This document shows, piece by piece, positions 22,903 through 39,309 of a DNA stretch of 64,000 nt. This DNA is from Hormiphora californensis (lineage: Eukaryota > Animalia > Ctenophora). The translations under genes and the position numbers were made by a program. The DNA is taken from assembly GCA_020137815.1 (NCBI GenBank), contig CM035354.1, forward strand, positions 6,138,001-6,202,000, read 5' to 3'. The notes under the pieces are model-generated. The model was not told the origin of the DNA and made no database searches. It saw only the letters and a program-made list of their open reading frames with translations. Numbering within the stretch: the stretch's first letter is position 1; the number at the start of each line of letters is the position of its first letter.

Positions 22903-25752
22903 ATGGGCTTGAGTTCTCTTGTTTTATTTGTTTGTCTGTTCGGGGGTGCAGTAGGACAACTTGCAAGTCAACTCAACACTTTTTACATTGGTAAACAACC
23001 CAGAAACTGATATTGTTTTAGAGAGATTGTTTCAAACTCCCATTATTACGTATCATTTTGCCAGGTGGTTCTGGTACTTTGAAATGTGCATGGAGCCAGC
23101 TGTCCGATAGTGAAATAAAACTGGTCAAATGGTATCGAAATGGAAAACGACTCAGACAAAAGTAAGATTTGCAAGATCTTCGATCTTGACCCATTTTTTG
23201 TGTCTAGACCTGTCAGTCAGGGCAACATAAACAGCTATTGTTACTCTTTCTCCCGAACATAAGAACCCCATATTTCAGTTCGAGGTTTGAGTATGACAAT
23301 GAGGGTGGTAATTACACTCTCACTATAAATGACCTGTCAGCTAGGGACAGTGGCCGATACACCTGCTCACCCAAACACACATCGGATGTTAAAGTCGCTG
23401 TAAGTGTAACGACGTGTGTTATTGTTATTGTTAACGGGTAAATCACAGTTCAATAATCTTCCCCCTGACTCAGGATGGCGTGTTTATGGTGCAGGTAATG
23501 AACTACAACCTCCCAGACCCCAGAGACCCCTCCATAGTGACAATCGCAGAAGGATCAGGAAGATACCTAAACTGCAAGTTAGTAACAGTTATAGCCCTAT
23601 GTAAATAATGTCATGGTAACACCAATCTCCCTCTCCTTCTCTCCTTAGTTACAAGTGGCCCAAGGAATCGTACGACCTGAGAATGTTCTGGAGCTGGAAT
23701 GATGCCGAACTAGAGGTACGATTGCATTTTCTCACGACAACAATATTTCATTACCAAATTCCTTGACACCCCCACCTTTTAACCTGTTTCCCATGATTCA
23801 GGACCCCTTTTATCCCATAATGTGCAGGATCCCAGGGGTGAGATTGGAGAGACGAACAGCTTGTACAGGTTCGGTGTCCATGAAGATGGCCGAGACTTCA
23901 TAGAACTGAAGGAAATGCAGATGGGGGCCAGTGGGGTGTTCGCCTGTAACTACGAGTATCCTGACGGACAGGTTTATACCATGTCCTTCGATATCAAGGT
24001 ATGCACTATGCACGATGTACAGGAAAGTAGGAGTACATGATGTACTGTACATCATTTGTTATGTTCTCCTTTACAATGTTTGCGGTGCAGCCCAGTAGGA
24101 AACTTCCATCATCCTGTGATCCGGGATACCAGCCAAAATTTGGTCGGAACTCGGAATAAATGATTTGAGAATAATTTGAAACTTGCCATGCCCAAATATG
24201 AGTCATATTTATGATCCAGCGTGATTGTGTTGACATAATTTTAAAACTTGTCGGGCGCCATGATTTGGTTACTGTGCAAAGTGCACATTGTCAGTGTGTC
24301 GCTTGACAAGCCGTTTTCCGCCCGCTCAGATCATGATCCGGAGGAAACTTTTGTGATCTCGATCACAAATTTGATACCAGGATACCAGCCGGCGGCTGGT
24401 AGATCTTGATCCCGCACGGCTGGTCCGCGCGCTCCAAATAGGATCCCCTGAATTGCCAATTTAACAGTGCTCGGTAAGCTCAGTTGGTAGAGCACGATAC
24501 TCTTAATCTCGGGGTCGCGGGTTCGAGAACTGGGTTTAAATCTGGCCTACTGACATTTTTTCAAAAAAAGTTTTGGAAATTAATTTTTCTTATGACATAA
24601 TCTTCTCTCCCTTTTTCTCTCTACTTTATTTCTCTCTCTCACACACACATAATGATGATTTAACACATTTTTCCCCTGCCTTGGTGAATGCCCGAAGGAT
24701 GTTTTTAGCACTAATACCAAATGATACCAAATGTATTGGTTACCATACCAACCACACTGGATACCATAGAAATCAGTCAAACATGCTCTTTGGGCACCAA
24801 ATTCACTAGGAAATCCAATTTTGAAGTGTATTCATCAATTTTTCACCCAATTGTGGCAGGGAAACCTCGCATTATGAATACATAATGCAATAATTCTTGT
24901 TACCCCAAACTTTGGGGCTCCGCAAGACCTTTTCAAAACCAACCAAAAAGAAGAAAAAACCAGCCAAATTTTCTAGAAATTCAGGATACCAGCCGATTCT
25001 TGGAAGTTTCCTACTGGGGCCGGTGCAGTGAAAGAGGGTAGAGCAAGGCAGTATACCATGATAACACTCAGGTAGAAGAGAGGGAAGGGCCTCAAGATGT
25101 GATCAGGACAATTACATTCCGTGAGGACTACGGGAGCGGTACTCTGATGTGCGATCTCAGCAGCCTGCGAGAAGTTACAGTTGAGAGGTATGGAATCTGG
25201 CGGAATTAAACATCCTTGTTTAGTATTTCCACGAACATAGTTGTGATTGTCTTTGTTGGCAGTTGTCTTGAACGCCTATGGTTTTGCTGATATTTCTTTC
25301 AACACCAGGTTCTACTGGGAGATAAATGGAGAGGAGCTTGAGGATTCTGATGAGAAATACACGATAACCGAGGATGGTCCCACCAAGAGACTAGTGGTAA
25401 ACGATGTTACTGAGGAGGATACTGGTACTTATAGATGTGTCGCTGAACTTCAGTATTATCCCATTGCTGTGAGGTTCAACGTCAATGTTATCGGGTCAAC
25501 CAAAGATGTAGACTTTGACAGTTGGACCCCATTCAGGTAAAAAAACTAATCCACCAGATTACACATCTTGCAGAAGTGATACTAACTAAGCCCCTAATAA
25601 GCATTAGATTGTAGTTGCCCCTAGTAAATTGACCCTGATCCCACAGTGTGTGTGATAAGCAGAACAAGAAGTTCCGGTTCCGTACGTGTGTTGCCGAAGA
25701 CTGCGTTGCCAAGTACGGATATGTGTACGAAGTCGATACGGAAGATTGCTGA
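22903..25752 (+). CDS. Secreted protein with three Ig-like domains and a C-terminal TSP1-like module
   Basis: Signal peptide MGLSSLVLFVCLFGGAVG. Ig motifs LKC..KWYRNG..LTINDLSARDSGRYTC, LNC..FWSWN..ASGVFAC and LMC..YWEING..EDTGTYRC. Ends FDSWTPFSVCDKQNKKFRFRTC...EDC*. Confidence 0.8.
24090..25020. mobile_element. Non-autonomous TIR DNA transposon (~930 bp) in an intron
   Basis: TIR (G)CCCAGTAGGAAACTTCCA / TGGAAGTTTCCTACTGGG(GC). Flanking duplication CGGTGCA(G). Internal repeated GGATACCAGCC. Confidence 0.85.
24469..24527 (+). pseudogene. 3'-truncated tRNA-Lys(CTT)-derived sequence
   Basis: GCTCGGTAAGCTCAGTTGGTAGAGCACGATACTCTTAATCTCGGGGTCGCGGGTTCGAG has an A box, a CTT anticodon loop and a B box, but lacks the 3' T-stem and acceptor strand. 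Confidence 0.8.
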
Positions 25753-26654
25753 AAGGAGAGAAGAAAGATCTGTTTTAGATGAGAGATCAATGAGTTACAA
25801 GATTTTTTGACTTTCCAGAAGAATTATTAAGTATGAATCTTATCAAATTACAAACTATGTAAAAAACTTGATTTGTAAATAACTTAGATGTCTCTCTGTC
25901 TATCTGCAAATCACAAATGTTAACTAGAAAGCGGGAGAAAACAGGCGTCCCGCGTCAGCAACCCCGTCAAACCCAGTTTGACAAACTGAGTTTCTCTTTT
26001 GTGACCAACAGAATTCATAATAAGTGTAAAGAGCTTAACCATTGAGTTATGACGCTTAGAAACAGAAGTAGAGACCAGACTCTGGCCGAGAAGAACAGGA
26101 GAAAACGATTTTTTAAACTTCCAGCCCCAAAAAGAAAAACTAAAAAAATGTGATTGAGTTTTGAACCGCGCATGTGACATTGCATGTGACATTGCAGCGT
26201 ACTATTAAAACATTCGCGCGGTACATCTTCACCGTGTGATCGTTTGAGACCTTTATAATTCTTCGGACGGTGGAAAGAGAGGTCTCGTTCCTGGACCTGA
26301 ACAAATAAAACCGCAGTATTTTCAGCAAGCAATTCACACACAAACATTCACAAAACAATTACAGAGGGTAAATCTTACTCTAAAAACGTTATTTTCAAAT
26401 GACAATAATTTTTGGGAAGTTGTAAACACATCACAAGACTGAGAAACTATGCATCACCGACACACCACTACTACACAGCGCCTCACTTCAGCTGAGGCTC
26501 TCAAAGCAGAAGGGTGGTCAATATTAATATTACAGAAATCGGTTGTGGAAGAAGATGTTGGATAAAATATGGGGATTGGTGTAGTAGCGTTTCAAAAAAT
26601 CAAATCAGATCACATGAGATGAAAGAGTGTTTTGTTAAACAGTGTCCAGTATAT

Positions 26655-31866
<5,212 letters not shown>

Positions 31867-32427
31867 GTCCGCCTCCCTACATTGGGAGATACAGTTTGTC
31901 ATCCTATGGTGATGTGACAATCTAGAGACACAGTTCTCGTGCAGCAGAGGGGGCGTGTGCTTCACAGCAAGGGGTTGCTACAGAGAGGGAGAGACAGAGA
32001 CGAAATGTTGTTCAGAGAAAAAGATATCGAAAGTTACAACCGAGATCAGATTCGAGAACTGAGAACTGAGAAAGAAAGAGAGGAAGAATGTTTTTGCTAC
32101 GCAGCACGCCGGAATATGTATAAAAAGTTTTCGTTACATGCACATATCGTTTGGAGCACTGTACACATTCAAGTTTGAACACACACTAATTCCGCACAAA
32201 CACAGCTAAGTTTATTGTTTTGCATGAAAAACTGTAATTACCTCATATCGGCCAAGGTAGATCGAATCATGATATTCATCAATCTCCCGCTCGCACTCTC
32301 TCACTACACACTAAAACACGCGGGGTATGATCAGAAACATAAAAAATATGTATTACACAACCATTTTGGCGGGTACATCATAACTACAAATTGCAACATG
32401 TAAATTGTTGTGTACATGCACCAACAG

Positions 32428-33177
32428 TTAGATCAGATACGGGATAACTGCTCGCCTACCAGCTGGATAATCCTCGATCTTACTACGATAGTAACTGTGA
32501 GCCTGACAGCCTCTCTGCCCCAGAAACACAGAGGTGAACACAGCAAACCAGAGGGCTGCACGTGTTTGGGCAACTGCTGCGTATCCCCACCACTCAACAA
32601 TTTCTCCAAAGTAGTTAGCAGCAGAGACAAGTTTAAAGACGCCCTTGGTTGGTGTAAGATACTGTTTACCAACCCTTCTGGCAGCTAACTCTCGGAGATG
32701 AGAGTCGGCTGAGATGTTAATAACTGCACCACACACAAAAATCAGGACACCTAGAATCTGGATAACAGATAAAGCATTATCAGTTGAATGTAATCTGAGG
32801 AGAAATGTGACCTGCAAAAAGCCGTTAAATGTACAAAAACCAAAAGCAGATACAACAGTTTCCAGTGGTGTCGGGTTAGATGAGGTCATGAGAAAGGGAA
32901 ATATAAATGATCGGTTGAAGTAATGAGCTGTGAATAAACAAAGTGGTATGAGAATCGGTAAAGGGAGACTGAAGTCTAGATGGAAGAGGGTAATGAAAAA
33001 TGCGGGGCACTCTTGAATCATCCAGCCAAGTTTAGCGTTCATTTTAGCCCCACAAAACACTCCTCCATCTTTTGTGAACTTCCCATACGGTGCTGGGTTC
33101 CAGTGAAGATAAAACGGGAGCACAATCGTGACCAGAAAGGCAAGGTTGACAACAGAATCCGCAGTTAGAGGAAACAT
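32428..33177 (-). CDS. SRD5A1: 3-oxo-5-alpha-steroid 4-dehydrogenase (SRD5A1/2, DET2 family), intronless
   Basis: Motifs PYGK, GWMIQECPAF, HYFNRSFIFP, NYFGEIVEWWGYA and YPAGRRAVIPY. The Met at 33177 follows a TTTTAG acceptor, so it is preferred over 33207. Confidence 0.9.
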   Translation of the reverse strand: MFPLTADSVVNLAFLVTIVLPFYLHWNPAPYGKFTKDGGVFCGAKMNAKLGWMIQECPAFFITLFHLDFSLPLPILIPLCLFTAHYFNRSFIFPFLMTSSNPTPLETVVSAFGFCTFNGFLQVTFLLRLHSTDNALSVIQILGVLIFVCGAVINISADSHLRELAARRVGKQYLTPTKGVFKLVSAANYFGEIVEWWGYAAVAQTRAALWFAVFTSVFLGQRGCQAHSYYRSKIEDYPAGRRAVIPYLI

Positions 33178-33932
33178 GTGCCCTAAAATTACAAAAAAAT
33201 AAAACATTGCGGTTCAAACAAAAAGGATGATGTCAACCAGATAATTTGGCTTGATAGCCATCGTTTCAAGTGACTTATCACTCAGTAGCAGCCCAAAAAG
33301 TAAAGAAAACTGGCAAATTTTGAGTTTGAAAAATTAAAACTTTAAAATTTCAACTTTTGAAAAAATTTACAAAAAAAGTGCTGCGCGTTACGCATTTTGT
33401 AACGCGCAAATAAAAAATCGCGCCGCGCACCCCATTTCACACTGAAAAAAGTTTTCAGTCCAGCTTTCAAATTTTCGCTTTTTCGATTTCCTTTTTTAAA
33501 CTTTTTCAAAAATCGAGGTTCGAGCGCCAGTTTCGACCAATCACAGCTTAGAACATCTCTTATGACGTGCGGGTCACGAGTGTGCGATAGAACTGTTCTG
33601 CTCTATAAATCTTGATTGGTAAAAGTTAAAACTGAAAACGCTGTTGCCAGTAACCAGTTACTCGATCTGATCATATGTTACCTTCCGAGTTCCAGCTTCC
33701 CTCATTTGCGTACCCCCGCTACGTTAAAGATGACTGCAGCTTATGTAACAGTCCCTACTCCATTCATTCGCGTACCCCAATTCGAGGTGACTGAACCCAG
33801 TCCAGTTAACTTCACAGTAAATCCGTTGTTTTCCCCCAGGCTCCCGCTCCGCACATAAACGCTTCATTATTCCTTGCCTATACTATTCCTTGCATGCGGT
33901 TCTAAATCTGATCCTGTTTCACAACTTTTGGG

Positions 33933-34400
33933 AAATAGATCCCTCCCTTGGCATTACCTGGTTCGTTCCTGGGTTCCCGTGTCCTGTCTGCTGTCTCTCG
34001 CTATCACTGCCACCACGCCCTACTTCCAGACAAACACACTCAAGCTCCCCTATATCCCACCTATGACCTGCTTTCTCAATCCTACATCAATTCTACCTGG
34101 AACTAAATAGTCTACCTCCCTGTCCTTACCTGGTTCGTACCTAGGTTCTCGTGACCTGTCTGCTGTCTCTCGCTACCATTGCCACCACGCCCTACTTCCA
34201 GACCAACACACTCCAGCTCTCCTATATCCCACCTATGACCTGCTTTCTCAATCCTACATCATTTCTTCCTGGAACTAAATAGTCTGCCTCCCTGTCCTTA
34301 CCTGGTTCGTTCCTGGGTTTCCCGTGTCCTGGGTGCTGTCTCTTCTTCCAGACCCTCTCTCCAGCTCCCTTACATCCCACCTATGACCTACTGTCTCTTT
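33933..34400. repeat. ~172-bp tandem repeat, about 2.7 copies
   Basis: AAATAG...TTACCTGGTTCGT unit recurs at 33933, 34105 and 34277. Confidence 0.85.
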
Positions 34401-34519
34401 TCTGCACCATTCCTTCCTATATTCCTTCCTACATCCCTTCCTACTTTCTACACCATTCCTTCCTACATCTACCTGAGACTTAGTAGAGGGACCACCCATG
34501 ACTGAGTCAATGAGTTAAT

Positions 34520-35177
34520 ATTTTCAAGTGTGTATTTGTGTAAATTGTTACCATTTTCTGGCCTCTGAGTTGTTTAGCAGAGTTTGAGTAGCTGAGGTTC
34601 CAGATTGGCTGAGTTTTATGCCGAAGAATGAAGAAAGAAGACCCATACATACCGTTTTTCTCAATACGTTTTTCTCGATAAAAAACTTGTCAAGGACTCT
34701 TCAGTGAGTGTGTGTTTGAAGGACAGCTAATTTATAATTTATTACCGAATCTGTGTATATGTGTTTGTGATTGTTTGTTTGTCTGTGAATGTGCTTGTAA
34801 GTTTGTTATCATGTTTTTGCATTAACCGTTTTGTATTGACTGTTGATGTTGTGTTTTGCGTCTGTGACTTTGTGTTTAATCTGTTTTTAATCTGTTTTTA
34901 TGTCTGTCTGCTTGTTTTGTTTGTTCATCACCTTGTTTCAGTTTTCTATTTTCCATTGTTCCTCGTTTTTGTGCATCCAATGCTACTAGGATATGTTTCA
35001 CTGTCTCTAAGTATTGTTTAAACCGCTTTAGGAAACCGCTGATGTGAACTGTTTATTTTCACCTCTCAGCCTTGTATCACTTTTATTGGTGTATGGTGTA
35101 AGAGCGGGACGAAGTTATATATTAATGTGTGTGACTTTGTGATAAATTGTGCATAAACTTAAACTTAAACTTAAACT
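34520..35177 (+). mobile_element. Possible 3' end of a non-LTR retroelement
   Basis: GT-rich UTR-like tract ending in a short tandem tail (AAACTT)x3-4. No RT motif was seen. Confidence 0.35.
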
Positions 35178-35577
35178 GCTAACTTTAAAGTTCACGAAAG
35201 AGGTTTTGACTTTTGTGAACTCAACTTGCTATTCACTAGAGTGTAAGTAAAACGAACTAGCTGCGTGTCACTTGCGATATCGAGGTTCATATGTTCAATT
35301 CATACATGGCACACAATGTATGCACAATACCAAACACGCAGCCACTTCATATTTGTCATCTTGTTTTTCGCTTTGCAAAGAATATATGACGTCATAATTA
35401 TGAACAAATGATTTGAATTGGAGACGGGTTTGTTCAACTTTGTATATTTTGAGTGGCAAGGCCAAGGGCCCAAGGGTCCAGTTACGGCAGAAAATGGTGT
35501 ACTGTGTACCTGGAACATAGATACTTCGTTTCTTAGTTTTAACATTCAACCCTTCCAGATGTAGCAAGAAGATAATT

Positions 35578-36336
35578 ATGAGTTCTGTTGTTACCCTTCT
35601 CCCCAAGACTGTGGAAAACGCAGATGCATCTATTCTGACTCTACATCATCCGAAAAATGGCCAAAAGTGTTTGGTATATTTCGCAAACAACACATTTCAC
35701 GAGCTTCTATCTGCAAATGATAAATACGTTTCGTGGTTTGTTGGTGATAGTTTGATCGGTGGAGAACCGTTAACTGTCGCTACCAAGATCGACCCGGTAT
35801 TCTTAGTGCTGCCGTATCTGATGAAGAATCCTCACCAATATGCCCCACTGGACCAGACTCTAGTTGATGACCAGTTCCCCTGTGCTATGCAGCTCAGTGA
35901 AACAGACGTGTCCTGTGTAGCAGATGTGAAGGATGAAAGGCTTGGTATTGTTAAATTCAACAAGGAAAAGACTATCAACTGGCTAGTTGGAAAGGTGGAC
36001 AAAGTTATCAATGCGATGAAAGAAAATGGGGTTGAGCCAGGGTTTAATTCTCTGCTGAGTGACAAAGAGTATCAGAGGTATGCAGTTGGTATAGTGAGTG
36101 ACTATATCTCAGCCACCCTCTCCTCTGATCTACATGACAGATTGGGTATTGAAGTTGTGTGTTATGAGGATGAGAAGCCTGCAAAAAGGCAGAAGTTAAC
36201 TGAACCTGACTTACCGGTGAAGGAGAAAAAGGGAGTGAAAACTAAAGCACCCAAACAGACTAAATCACAGCGTGATCTAGCGAACGTGAACACTAAAGGA
36301 ATGAAATCGATGGCTTCGTTTTTCAAAAAGAAGTAG
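35578..36336 (+). CDS. RNASEH2B: Ribonuclease H2 subunit B, intronless
   Basis: Motifs LHHPKNG, SWFVGD, ATKIDPVFLVLPYL and KFNKEKTINWL, plus a C-terminal PIP box KGMKSMASFF. Confidence 0.93.
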   Translation: MSSVVTLLPKTVENADASILTLHHPKNGQKCLVYFANNTFHELLSANDKYVSWFVGDSLIGGEPLTVATKIDPVFLVLPYLMKNPHQYAPLDQTLVDDQFPCAMQLSETDVSCVADVKDERLGIVKFNKEKTINWLVGKVDKVINAMKENGVEPGFNSLLSDKEYQRYAVGIVSDYISATLSSDLHDRLGIEVVCYEDEKPAKRQKLTEPDLPVKEKKGVKTKAPKQTKSQRDLANVNTKGMKSMASFFKKK

Positions 36337-36466
36337 TTTTTATCAGTTATATTATTGGAATAACACGTTTGTATTTTTATCAAATTATTTATTTGCATTT
36401 TTAATCCACAATTATGTGTTTAACTTTAAAAGGACAGCACAGCTGAACATAAGTCCGATCACATAT

Positions 36467-36793
36467 CTACTGACAAGCTAAGAACTTGGCAAGTTTGAAG
36501 GTCTGTAGAAGTTTCTCACTCCACTCCTCCCCTTCCTGTAAGACCGGTTCCTCTCCCAACCTCATGTTACACAACACCTCCCTATCCTCCATACTATCTA
36601 TCAGATCAAACGCATGGTGGTATATCGTATATTTCTGGATCCGGTTCCTAGGTTCTCTCAGCTCGGGGCGGGTCCGATTCTTTCTTCTTTGCCCTATTTT
36701 CCATTGGCGAGGCCGGCGGTAGGATAAGTTTTCGGCTGCCGAAGAAGCCACAAGAAATACGACGACGATAGACAACAAAGCAAAACGATACAT
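36467..36793 (-). CDS. Small secreted orphan protein (108 aa), prepropeptide-like
   Basis: Signal peptide MYRFALLSIVVVFLVASSAA, then a basic segment with RR/RRK sites and an acidic segment with two Cys. Confidence 0.65.
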   Translation of the reverse strand: MYRFALLSIVVVFLVASSAAENLSYRRPRQWKIGQRRKNRTRPELREPRNRIQKYTIYHHAFDLIDSMEDREVLCNMRLGEEPVLQEGEEWSEKLLQTFKLAKFLACQ

Positions 36794-36834
36794 TGTAATG
36801 TTTGGCTTTCCATCTTCTATCTCTCGCTCTCTCA

Positions 36835-36887
<53 letters not shown>

Positions 36888-36963
36888 CCTCTCTCTCTCT
36901 CTCTCGCTGTCTCTCTCTCTCTGTCTCTCTCTCCCACTCTCACTCACTCTGTCTCTCTGTGTC

Positions 36964-37041
<78 letters not shown>

Positions 37042-37366
37042 ACTCACTCTGTCTCTCTGTGTCTCTCTCTGTCTCTCTCTCTCTCACTCTCCCTGGTCAG
37101 TGTTGACATTGACACACATCACAGAGCAGTGCGATCATCCAACTCTCCTAATCCATCAACTACCACCCCTCCCCTCACATTGCAACCATGTTGTAACCTA
37201 TCTGTTATCTAAACAACCATATTCTAAACCCAGTAACTCTTTCTAGCTAAGGCTTATACAGCACCCTTTCTTTTATACTCTCTACTGCTGCTTCTGCAAG
37301 TAAAATACGTCGTAACAAGAGTGTGTGTATCTGAGTTGGAAGCCAGAATAATCGTGGATACCAAAA

Positions 37367-39309
37367 ATGTCAGCATTCGGTTAGTAAAGATACACAGTCG
37401 TCAGTCATTAATTTGACACTGCCTAACTTTGACAGTCACCGAATCTGATACCCCACTCTCCAGTTGAGCGCTATATTATCTGACACAACGTATTTTCCAG
37501 ATGACGATGATTTTCAAGGGAACTACGTGCGAGTGAATGATTTTGCTGACGAGGATGATGATATTGCGGTAAGAGAGAAAGAGATAGAATGATGGTACAA
37601 TGATGTAACTTGGTTGTCCAGGCTGGATTCACGCCATGTTTACTGTTTTCATTAGACCACATGCCCTAACTAACTAAAACCCCTCTCCAGGACAACTGGG
37701 AAGATGTATTGGATGAAGATGAGATCGAGGAGAAGCGGAAACAAGCAGAAAAGGCTGAGGAAGAAAGGAGTGAGTATAGGGAAATGGGGGATATCTTTAA
37801 TCAGCATGATAAAACGGGGAGAGAGAGGGAAACTGCCGTATTAGGCAATACAAATTAAATTCTCTAGAATATTGTATATGCATGACATGGGAGTTTTTTA
37901 TTGTAAGAAAGTGTGATTCTTTAAGCGGGGGGTTATATTGTGGTTTAAGGATCATAAAACCCCCAGAAGTAGGGCGGTACTAACAATTATTATGTTACTC
38001 AGAGGAAGCAGAAAAACAGAGGAAACTAATCAAAAGGGCAGAAGAAAAAGCAGAGAAAGAAAGGATAGCTGCTTTGTTGAATGCTGCCCCTCTTTCCCCT
38101 GAAGAGATACTGAAGTAAGAAATGGGAAACTACTGTATTACAGTAAATGAAACAGCTTTAACGAATCTTACTCATACCTCTACACAGTTCTGTATTTCTA
38201 TAACCCCCTCTCTCCTATCCCAGGAGGCGGGTAGAGAGATCATGATACCTCTACAAATGCCTCTAAACAGTTCTGTGTCTTTCTCAGGAGGCAGGTTGAA
38301 AGTTCCCAGTCAGCAGCGAACGATCTGTTTGGTTCAGAGGATGGGGACAGTGCCCCAGCCCCAACCACAGCAGCAGTGACAGCAGCCGTTCAGCATCTAA
38401 CTCTCTCTGCAGTTGCTGCTGATAGTGTGGACAACTATGTACCAGTGGAACCTGAGGATTTTACTGAACTGTGCAGGAGAACTGCCCTCAAACTGAGGAA
38501 TTATAATGTAAGTGTTCGGAGCTCTGTCAATTCAGCATATAGAGTCACAGTTATAATACTCTTTTCTCTAAGTCTCTAACCATACTCATTATTCACTTAA
38601 ACTATAACCCCCCAACCCAGGATGATGAATGCTATGCCAAGTTTGTAAAAGATCTGACCCTGGAACTCTGCAAAGATAGTAAGTTTCTCTGTTCTTTGGC
38701 TCCTTCTCTATTGAGACAGGAAGCACTTTTCATCGAAAGATTTTTTGATAACTTCGTCCTTTTTTACAATTGTGCCCATGCCCTCCCTTTCCCTAACTAG
38801 TCGTTATGTTCTGTGTTTGTAATCCCCAATTCTCCTTTGCAGTGGTTAGCGAGGATATCAAGAAAGTATCAAATGCCCTGATAAACGTTGCTCATGAGAA
38901 ATCACGGCAAGAAAAAGAGGTAAGACTCCATAATAAACAGAAAGTACATAACCCCACTCTTCACTCACGAGCACTCACACTATTAGTGTCGACCAAATCG
39001 CAATGACGAAAGTCGCGGTAGTTCTTTAGGGTTTCACAGCCGACACTCCTAGAAGAAGAAGAAGATAGCCCCACCCTGGCCTCACCCCTTGCTAGTTTGT
39101 AGTTGTGTACAGCTAATAACCCCTTATACTAGTTGTGTACTCATCCCTTCATCCCCCCTCACCAGGCTAAGAAGAAGGCCCAGTCAGGAAGTAAGAAGAC
39201 CACCCTACAAGTTTCAAAGAAAGCTCCCACAAGTTCTGACCTCCTAGATGACTACCACGATGACCAATATGGTGGGGGCTATTACGATGATGACATTGAC
39301 TTCATGTGA
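37367..39309 (+). CDS. EIF3J: Eukaryotic translation initiation factor 3 subunit J
   Basis: Acidic N-terminus (DFADEDDDIA, DNWEDVLDED), EDIKKVSNALINVAHEKSRQEKE, and C-terminus GGYYDDDIDFM*. Confidence 0.88.

Noticed and set aside
36648-37246. ORFs made of ER/SL dipeptide repeats (also ~20935, 27419, 44930, 45798)
   Set aside because: These are translations of (AG/CT)n microsatellites.
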